From the NCBI GenBank assembly GCA_035489575.1, contig DATHJY010000013.1:219346-283345 (forward strand): DNA of 64,000 nt, in the 5' to 3' direction. Both the position numbers and the translations under genes were made by a program. Every line of letters begins with the position of its first letter. Within the stretch, counting starts at the first letter, position 1. Positions 54,359 through 61,743 of this stretch are shown piece by piece. Under the pieces are notes generated by a model that worked only from the letters and a program-made list of their open reading frames with translations, made no database searches and was not told the origin of the DNA. Source of the DNA: Verrucomicrobiia bacterium (GTDB lineage Bacteria > Patescibacteriota > Saccharimonadia > Saccharimonadales > JAGQNK01).

Positions 54359-55128
54359 CTTGCCATCACCTCCTTGGCTAATTGTTTGTATGCTCGCGCT
54401 CCCTTTGACCATTTATCATGCTCGGAGACGGGTCGGCCATAACTTGGCGCTTCTGCAAGTCGCACATTTCGTGGAATAATTGTCTTGAAGAGTTTTTCGC
54501 CAAAGTACTTCTGCAGCTCTTTGTACACTTGGTCCGATAAACTTGTTCGGCTGTCATACATAGTAACGACGACACCCATAAGTTCAAGCTTTGTGTTCAG
54601 CCCCTGGCGAACACGTTGCATAACAGTGAGTAATTGGCTGAGTCCCTCCAACGCATAATATTCTGCCTGAACCGGAATGAGCAATTCATTGGCCGCACTC
54701 AATGCATTCACAGTCAGTAGCCCAAGTGCGGGTGGACAATCGATCAAAACAAAATCAAAGTCTAGATTTGCTAGGGCTTTGCGCAACATCAGCTCGCGCT
54801 CGGGCTTATCAACCAACTCAACTTCTGCCGAGGCCAAGCCTGCGTTGGTCGCGATCAAACTGAGGTTTGGAGTTTTGGTTTCCTGAATAGCCGTCACAAT
54901 CTCACCGGGGCGAAACAAAATATCATAGCTACTGGTTTCAATATTTTCTTTTGCAAAACCAAGTCCGCTGGTAGCATTTCCTTGTGGGTCAAAATCTACT
55001 ACCAGAACCTTCTTACCAGCCTTGGCAAGGTACGCGCCCAAGTTAATAGCAGTGGTGGTTTTACCAACCCCGCCTTTCTGGTTGAGCACTGCTATAATCT
55101 TCCCCATGACTCTCTGTTTTTCCCTCAA
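54355..55128 (-). CDS. parA: Chromosome partitioning ATPase ParA (Soj)
   Basis: Deviant Walker A KIIAVLNQKGGVGKTT, plus VLVVDFDPQGNAT and VLIDCPPALG. The real start may be the ATG at 55107 (MGKIIAV...). Confidence 0.9.
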   Translation of the reverse strand: MREKQRVMGKIIAVLNQKGGVGKTTTAINLGAYLAKAGKKVLVVDFDPQGNATSGLGFAKENIETSSYDILFRPGEIVTAIQETKTPNLSLIATNAGLASAEVELVDKPERELMLRKALANLDFDFVLIDCPPALGLLTVNALSAANELLIPVQAEYYALEGLSQLLTVMQRVRQGLNTKLELMGVVVTMYDSRTSLSDQVYKELQKYFGEKLFKTIIPRNVRLAEAPSYGRPVSEHDKWSKGARAYKQLAKEVMAR

Positions 55129-55347
55129 ATCACTATACCTTAGGGTACCATTTCAGGCAGGTTCCGTAAACGCTCTAATCTGTTAAAACCATACTATACG
55201 GGTCTCGGACCAGGCGCCTTCGGTATGGATCAACGTCCAAATAGCCATGTCGCACAATATGGACGCCTGAGCAGCAGAAACTTTCAACTTCTTTGTGCCA
55301 GAGGTACAACCATATGTCGGATAAGACTAGCCGTATAGTACTAGTGG

Positions 55348-56145
55348 TTATTCTGAGGGATTCAGCTGGTTTATATACATTTGCCACTCGTCGTTATCCA
55401 GCGGCTTGTTTGACCGCACGAAGACCAGGACCTCGTCTGTTGCAAATATAGCAGTCTGTACTTTTGTCTTTTCGTCGCTGGCTATATAGGCGGTGCCCTT
55501 TTGAGTATCTAGGTGGGTCGTGGCCTTGAAAGACTCAGCCACGGACATCAGCTTGGCGGGATTGCTTTTGAAATCACCCGGAGCCGGTTGCTGACTTATC
55601 GTCAGGCTAGCGCCGTTAAACTCAGCTACATAGCCAAGAACTTTTTTCTCTTTGTCGTATTTAAAATCAGGTCTTGATTGTTGGCCGTTTGCGTCAGTAA
55701 GATTCTCCAATGGGACCAGAGGGTTAAAATCGGTTTCGGCCTGTTGTTGGGCGGTGACTACCGGGCCGCCACCTTGGCCGGCCTGATCACCCCCCTTCAG
55801 CAAGTTGAGTACCCCGAATCCACCCATGAGACAGACGAGCGCAACCCCCGCCATCACCGCCCGCTTGTTTCGAGCACGCATAAGCAACCAGCTTTTGCGC
55901 AGCTGCCTAAACCGTTGCTTGATCCCCAGCAGCTTGAACCGAGGCATCCTGAGCTGGAGGTTTACCACCACCTGCTTCTCTGCCACCTGCCTCGTAATTT
56001 CGGCGCGAGGCTCTTCTCTGGGCAAGCGCAGCTTAGGCTGTGGGCGAGCTTGTTGCTTTAGCTTCTTTGGCACAGGACGCTTCTCCGCCCTGCGTCGTAA
56101 TATCTCCCATTCAGGGTCGTCTAGCCAAAAGTCTTTCTTTGCCAT
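55348..56145 (-). CDS. Single-pass membrane protein with a basic N-terminal region (hypothetical), last gene of the giant-protein operon
   Basis: 265 aa with an Arg/Lys-rich first 90 aa, the TM helix AVMAGVALVCLMGGFGVLNLL, and a domain of about 150 aa without recognisable motifs. It starts 19 nt after the 1830-aa gene. Confidence 0.5.
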   Translation of the reverse strand: MAKKDFWLDDPEWEILRRRAEKRPVPKKLKQQARPQPKLRLPREEPRAEITRQVAEKQVVVNLQLRMPRFKLLGIKQRFRQLRKSWLLMRARNKRAVMAGVALVCLMGGFGVLNLLKGGDQAGQGGGPVVTAQQQAETDFNPLVPLENLTDANGQQSRPDFKYDKEKKVLGYVAEFNGASLTISQQPAPGDFKSNPAKLMSVAESFKATTHLDTQKGTAYIASDEKTKVQTAIFATDEVLVFVRSNKPLDNDEWQMYINQLNPSE

Positions 56146-56164
56146 GTGTTCTTATCCTAACACC

Positions 56165-59100
56165 TTAAGGAAGAGGACAGTTAAAGTTAGGGTCGCCCGC
56201 CACAGCGCTGCCTTTCCTACAAGGGGTGTCGAGGGGCTGCTGTTCACCACCAGTGAATGTCTTGCCGTGACGCAGTCGCTTACTGGGGTCACTCGTAAAG
56301 AAGAGCGATATGTCGTTCACTGTTGGACCCCTGTTTACATCCTCTGGATATCCGAAAGTTTTGGAGGCGTCGATGCTCACAAAGAAGTAGTAGTATCTTG
56401 CACAGTTAATATTGCCTCCGCCACTCTCTTTCGGAATGTACTGTTCCACATTGCCCAATGTTACATTACCGAAGACTGTCTCCTGCCCCCAGGTGGTCAT
56501 TTGGGACATGGCTAACGACGTACCACAATCTTCGGTCGGGTTGATGTATGGCGCCGCGTCCAAGTCATGCATACTGCGATAGCGCATATTCCAGCGAGCA
56601 CCTATAGAGTTGTCGATACCATTCATCAGCCATGAATTGGGGAAGACATCAGTGTCGGTATCTATCATTCTTGAATACATGGCAACCTGTGGCTGCGATT
56701 TAGCAGTCGAGTAGTAGTTTCGGTTGCCCGAGCCAACAACCGCCGAACAGCCTCCTCCCATGGTAAAGATCCTCCCCTTATCCATGGCTACAGCCGCTCC
56801 GTATCTGTCGCCAGTGTATCTGACATTAGTCTCGTACCATTCCCCGATGCCCGTGGGATTATTGCCCGTAGGAATAGTAGTGTTAGCACTTACTGGTGTT
56901 ATAAGCGTGTTTGGAGCGCAAGTGGTTGCAGCCGATCTCCCACCAATAACATAGATATACCCATTCGCCGACAGAGCTTGGCCATCTCTCAGTGGTCCCG
57001 GCAAGCTAGTCGTATACGTCCAGCTGCCGACGTTTCCAGTAGCCCCGTCAATCTTAGAAAACTGGGCATCGCTCAAGTAGTTCGTACCGTCAAACCCACC
57101 GAATAGATAGAGGTTGTTGGCATAGGCCGTCACGGCCGCGCCCGTTCGGGCCACGTTGAATGCAGTGGAGCCCGTAGACCATGCAGATGTAATATTGCCC
57201 CCTGAGTTAAGTACTGGGCTCACATACACGGTACTCGTAGCTGCAGCACTGTCGTTGAACCCACCAACTACGTACAATCTGTTGTTCCATACCGCAGCGC
57301 CATGCTGCGTCCTATCCCCCGGCAAACCCTGGGTTGCCTGTAACCAAGAAGCTACATTACCACTGGCAGTGACACCGTAGTAGACCTCTAGCTTCTCATC
57401 GCCTGCGCCATCCTGGCCGCCCATATAATAAAGCGTACCTCCGGCCGCCTCTAACTTACCCCAAGCTCGAGCCGCAGGCATAGTGGTGTCCGTAGTACTA
57501 GCCCAGGTGCCAACCGTTCCATCAGAAGCACTGATTGAGGCAACTTGCACATCATCCGTCACGGTGCCACAAGCAACAGCGGTGCAGCCACCGGCCACAT
57601 AGAGCCGCCCATCAAGGACAGCAGCGGCTGAGCCTATTCTGTCAGCTACCGTAGAGAAATCTTGATCCGACTGAAGGGTATAGTTATTAACTGCTCCGCT
57701 ATCGTTGTTGTACAGCTGGAATGTTTGGACGGCGGGCTCGAAACTCGTACAGCTACTGGGGCTTGCTCCTGCGTCACACCCGCCCAGCACGTACGCATAC
57801 GAATTAGAAACAGCCATACTAAGACCCCACCTCTGGTTAATAACCACTGTGGAGGTCTCGAAGGAATCAATGGTTCCATCGCTTACATTCATTTTGGCCC
57901 ATTCAATAAAGGGAATAACTCCGGAACCTTCGTCATACCCACCCACCGAGTAAATGTGTCCGTTATACCCAAAACTAAAGCCACGCCGACGCCCAACAGA
58001 CAGCTTATTCGGCGAGATGTCCCATATATTATCGGTCACCGTTTCGCCATCGGCATCAACAACGTTATTACTATTGTCGAACTTGGCGATCATCACATCG
58101 TCTTTGTCAGCCTCGAGGTCGCTATATCCACCGATAAGGTAGATGTAGTTTGCGTTGACAGTACCAGAGTGAATACCCAGCCCCTGGTTGCCTCCAGTTC
58201 CTGGCTCGGAATCAATCTGCAACTGTCCAGTTGTTGTGCAGCCTGACACACTTCCGGTAGTAGTGATATTACACTTGTAGACCTCGCTTTCATATCTATC
58301 CGTTCCGGCCACCGCCTCACAGCTAAGCCCTGCCCCAATACCATTTCCACAACCACCGAAGATGAACAGATTACCCGGGTTAGTACCGGCAGAGCCAGGG
58401 TTGGCTCGTGCGTAGACATAGGTATATGCCACGTCCTCTGCGATACCAGCTGTTGTCATATCTACAGATTCCCAGGCACCATCCAGACTGCCGTCGGCAT
58501 TGACGGCGTTGTGGTAGATGTTTGTAGATGTATCAGCTCCGGTGAGGCCGCCCACTATATATATGCGGCCGTTAAAGGTTGTGACTCCAGCCGCTGCCAC
58601 ACCCGTTGTACCATTTACTCTATTTGTTGAGTCAATACACCAAGCCCCATAGCTTGAACCGGCACACGAACCGGGAGCGCTGAGCTGTCCGTTCGAATTG
58701 ATGGCAACATACGATATGTTACCACTGGCATCGGAGTCGTCACCATCACCATGGTCATCACTCACTCCGGAGCAGTCTAGGTCAATACACCCCCCGATGT
58801 TATAGAGATATCCGTTGAGGATCACACTCATAGAGAGTAGCTCTCCCCCTTCATCGGGATCGTCCCCCGGATCTGGAAGGTTACAGTTATACGGCGTGCC
58901 TCCGGCACAAGTACCTGCCCCGGCTGCAGCTGACAGGTTCACGGTTGAAACCTCTCCGGCTGGATTTATCACACCGTAATCGACATCGGCAAGCGTCACT
59001 GTACATTCACCCGTAGAGGCATTCTGGGTTATACAGCCCCCTAGCCTGTATAGTCCGTTTTGCCATGCGACTAGACTGAAGCCCGTTCTCTGGTTATGGA

Positions 59101-61657
59101 GGTTGGTTATACTGCCCCACTCAGAAAGTGATCCGTCGGCATTGATGCTTGCAAGCTGAGTATCACTAGCCACGGCGTTGCAGTAATAGTTAGAAGCGCC
59201 CGTTGTAGCCGTACAACCCCCGGCAATATATATGTAGCCGCCCCATATAGTCGAGAAGCTGCCGCCCCAGGTACTCCGGGCAGTCGTAAAGCCAGAGGTT
59301 GAAACCCAGCTATTCATACTGCCATTACTGTTTAGCTTGCTATAGTGCACCGTACTTTGTTGGGTTCCGCCACTATCCCCACCGATCAGATAGAGCACAT
59401 CATTATATATGTGCGCCGTGTGCCTATAACGAGCCGACGGCAAGGCAGTACCGCTCGACCAGCTACCAAGTGTACCGGTGGGATTGATGTCGGCATACTC
59501 CATTGTCGTCGTTCCGGTCGCAGCAGCGCCAGTCGCCCCACCAACGATATACATGCGGTTGTTATACGCTACTGCGGCAAGGTATGACCTGCCTGTGCCA
59601 CTGCTCAATCCGGTGTCTGAGTACCAGTAGGCTGCCGTACCTCCGGACGGATGCCATAGTTGGGGTTCGCCATTTGCGCCTATCTTTGCAATCAACACTG
59701 TGGCTTCACGGTTACCGCTGCCATCGATTCCGCCGATGACATAGAGATAGCCATTGTAGGCAACCATAGAAAATCCTCGACGTGCCTCTGGTAGATCATA
59801 GGCACTGTTAGTACACCATTCAGAACATACTCCATTGCCAGGGTTGGGACTTTCGATAGCGAGTGTTGACGAATTAAACTTTGCCCAGTAAACGCTACTC
59901 TGGGTAGCGGGCGTAACTGTAGTCGGATTGATAGCCACCGAGAGTGCACCATAGGTGCCGTTCATGGAAGTATCAGCAGTAGCCGCTGCACCAGTAGAGA
60001 CACCGCTAGCCGGTGGTACGTTAAGGCTGGCAGCCGCAAAGCCACAACTCTCCGCATCAGCGCTACTGGTACCAGAGTATATTTTGGTATGAGCGCTGGG
60101 AACCCATCCTCTGGTACTAGGCGGGTCGTCATCAACGCCCGCTCCCCTGATAACAAGGGTGGCATTATTGTCTGGGGTTGTAGCCGGGAAAGACACCGCG
60201 CCACTGGTATTAGTTGTCCCTGGAGTACCCGCAATAGGATCCCCTGAGTTAAAGCCTTTCACTCGCATAATTACCCCGGTCCATTGCTCGGTAATGCCGG
60301 TCCAGTTATACGAGGCCGCCTCATTGCCACCCCCTTGGTCGGTACCAATCCTATACCAGCCGCCAAACTCGTCTGTATCGGTGGCGCTAAAGGCGGTCCA
60401 ACCGGCCGGCGCCGTAGGGGATCCGGTGCCGTCGTGGCAAAGCATAGCTACGTACAGATCACCCGCCGGGCGGACAGAGGGCATATTCATCGTAAACGTT
60501 GCGCTATTCGTAGCCTGGGTAGAAGACTGGCTACTAACTATCCAAGGCTTTGTTACTCCCGTTCTGCCACCAGCACGATAGATATATCCACCTGCCGCGG
60601 CTGTGCCACTATCCCAGTTGCCTTCCGTCATGTCCAGGTTTTCCTCCCAGGCATCGATGCGCGCACCAGTTGTTTGGCTCTTCTGGATGAGCTCTTTGTC
60701 TATATCAAAGTCGACGTTTGTTTCGTTATTACCCTTCATCAACTTAGCTGCGGTCTCTATATAGACGCTCGGGTCAATCGTGAGCGGATAGGTCGCATCC
60801 GTGAGTCCCGTAGCATGCACCGTGAGTTCCTTCCCCTCCAGCGTAAACCAAGCTTTCTTGTCGCTCACCACTCGCTCGCCAGCTTCCTTGATATATGGTG
60901 CTGGAAATGTAAATAACAGATTGCGCTTCACGGCATTTTGTCGAGCCTTGTCCAGTAATTGCTTATCGCTGTCGCTTCCCACGCTCACATCACCCAGCAG
61001 GTTATAATCAGCCCCATAAACAGCTAGCGATCCGTTTGACTCCAGTCGTAACTCCGTTCCATCTGGCAGCTCTAGGTCATACTTGAACTCCAGCGTATCG
61101 CCCTGAAACTTGTTGATAATGATATCTTCCTTGAAGCCAACCGTCTTCAGGGAGACGACCTTAGTAGCGTTCTTGGCTGTGAGTGGATATATCAGTCTGT
61201 TTTGATCTTGCTTCGGCTGGAGCATGCCAAACTTGGGTTTGAAGGTAACAGAGGTCCGTGTAACGGGGTCGCTTACCGTAGTACCTTTACTGGGATCAAG
61301 ATTAAACGTCGCACTAAATCTGGGAGAACCATTGGTCCCACCAAGTTCACCGGGTTTATAGCCTTGGTTATATTCGTAGGTACCCTGCTTGGCGTCAATC
61401 TTCAGGCTGTCTCCCAGGGGTGCATATGGATTGCCGACTAATGCAGCAGCTTTTGGTGATAATTCGTAGCTTCCCGACTCAATAAATACCTGGATGGTCC
61501 GCAAAAACACCATTCCCGCAAAGAAGACGGCGAGGGACAAACTACCAGCACGGGATAAAACCTTGCGGTCATGCAGCCAGACACCTAAACGAAGATGCTT
61601 AGGCGCGCGCTTAGCCAAGCGACGGCGTCTGGATTTGGCGCTTTTTATATTCCTCAT
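56165..61657 (-). CDS. Giant (1830 aa) membrane-anchored surface protein with ~18 Kelch-type beta-propeller blades
   Basis: It has an N-terminal basic segment and a TM anchor (LSLAVFFAGMVFL). I count 18 copies of the Kelch signature hydrophobic-Y/F-x-x-GG (YRAGG, YVIGG, YIVGG, YLIGG, YIAGG, YRLGG, YNIGG, YIVGG, FIFGG, YLIGG, YSVGG, YVLGG, YVAGG, YYMGG, YVVGG, YLFGG, YVIGG, FTMGG). Each is followed about 25-35 aa later by a W-containing strand. Many blades carry Cys right after GG. Confidence 0.8.
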   Translation of the reverse strand: MRNIKSAKSRRRRLAKRAPKHLRLGVWLHDRKVLSRAGSLSLAVFFAGMVFLRTIQVFIESGSYELSPKAAALVGNPYAPLGDSLKIDAKQGTYEYNQGYKPGELGGTNGSPRFSATFNLDPSKGTTVSDPVTRTSVTFKPKFGMLQPKQDQNRLIYPLTAKNATKVVSLKTVGFKEDIIINKFQGDTLEFKYDLELPDGTELRLESNGSLAVYGADYNLLGDVSVGSDSDKQLLDKARQNAVKRNLLFTFPAPYIKEAGERVVSDKKAWFTLEGKELTVHATGLTDATYPLTIDPSVYIETAAKLMKGNNETNVDFDIDKELIQKSQTTGARIDAWEENLDMTEGNWDSGTAAAGGYIYRAGGRTGVTKPWIVSSQSSTQATNSATFTMNMPSVRPAGDLYVAMLCHDGTGSPTAPAGWTAFSATDTDEFGGWYRIGTDQGGGNEAASYNWTGITEQWTGVIMRVKGFNSGDPIAGTPGTTNTSGAVSFPATTPDNNATLVIRGAGVDDDPPSTRGWVPSAHTKIYSGTSSADAESCGFAAASLNVPPASGVSTGAAATADTSMNGTYGALSVAINPTTVTPATQSSVYWAKFNSSTLAIESPNPGNGVCSEWCTNSAYDLPEARRGFSMVAYNGYLYVIGGIDGSGNREATVLIAKIGANGEPQLWHPSGGTAAYWYSDTGLSSGTGRSYLAAVAYNNRMYIVGGATGAAATGTTTMEYADINPTGTLGSWSSGTALPSARYRHTAHIYNDVLYLIGGDSGGTQQSTVHYSKLNSNGSMNSWVSTSGFTTARSTWGGSFSTIWGGYIYIAGGCTATTGASNYYCNAVASDTQLASINADGSLSEWGSITNLHNQRTGFSLVAWQNGLYRLGGCITQNASTGECTVTLADVDYGVINPAGEVSTVNLSAAAGAGTCAGGTPYNCNLPDPGDDPDEGGELLSMSVILNGYLYNIGGCIDLDCSGVSDDHGDGDDSDASGNISYVAINSNGQLSAPGSCAGSSYGAWCIDSTNRVNGTTGVAAAGVTTFNGRIYIVGGLTGADTSTNIYHNAVNADGSLDGAWESVDMTTAGIAEDVAYTYVYARANPGSAGTNPGNLFIFGGCGNGIGAGLSCEAVAGTDRYESEVYKCNITTTGSVSGCTTTGQLQIDSEPGTGGNQGLGIHSGTVNANYIYLIGGYSDLEADKDDVMIAKFDNSNNVVDADGETVTDNIWDISPNKLSVGRRRGFSFGYNGHIYSVGGYDEGSGVIPFIEWAKMNVSDGTIDSFETSTVVINQRWGLSMAVSNSYAYVLGGCDAGASPSSCTSFEPAVQTFQLYNNDSGAVNNYTLQSDQDFSTVADRIGSAAAVLDGRLYVAGGCTAVACGTVTDDVQVASISASDGTVGTWASTTDTTMPAARAWGKLEAAGGTLYYMGGQDGAGDEKLEVYYGVTASGNVASWLQATQGLPGDRTQHGAAVWNNRLYVVGGFNDSAAATSTVYVSPVLNSGGNITSAWSTGSTAFNVARTGAAVTAYANNLYLFGGFDGTNYLSDAQFSKIDGATGNVGSWTYTTSLPGPLRDGQALSANGYIYVIGGRSAATTCAPNTLITPVSANTTIPTGNNPTGIGEWYETNVRYTGDRYGAAVAMDKGRIFTMGGGCSAVVGSGNRNYYSTAKSQPQVAMYSRMIDTDTDVFPNSWLMNGIDNSIGARWNMRYRSMHDLDAAPYINPTEDCGTSLAMSQMTTWGQETVFGNVTLGNVEQYIPKESGGGNINCARYYYFFVSIDASKTFGYPEDVNRGPTVNDISLFFTSDPSKRLRHGKTFTGGEQQPLDTPCRKGSAVAGDPNFNCPLP

Positions 61658-61743
61658 CCCCTCTTGGAAACCCTTATTCCTAATGGTTATAATTGTACGC
61701 TAAACCACCCCTGATTTAAAGGAATAAGAATCTTTTGAACTAG

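Noticed and set aside
55129-55347. A possible small RNA or parS/DnaA-box region upstream of parA, and the 70-aa ORF 55175-55387.
   Set aside because: I found no canonical parS palindrome or TTATCCACA cluster by eye. The partial helices (caggcg with cgcctg) are weak. The 70-aa ORF overlaps the end of the 55348-56145 gene, has no motif or RBS, and looks spurious.
56724-61441. Numerous 60-210-aa antisense and off-frame ORFs inside the 1830-aa gene (for example 60284-60916 and 57662-58246).
   Set aside because: They are shadow ORFs of a long, repeat-rich gene with biased composition. Only the 1830-aa frame carries the periodic Kelch motif.
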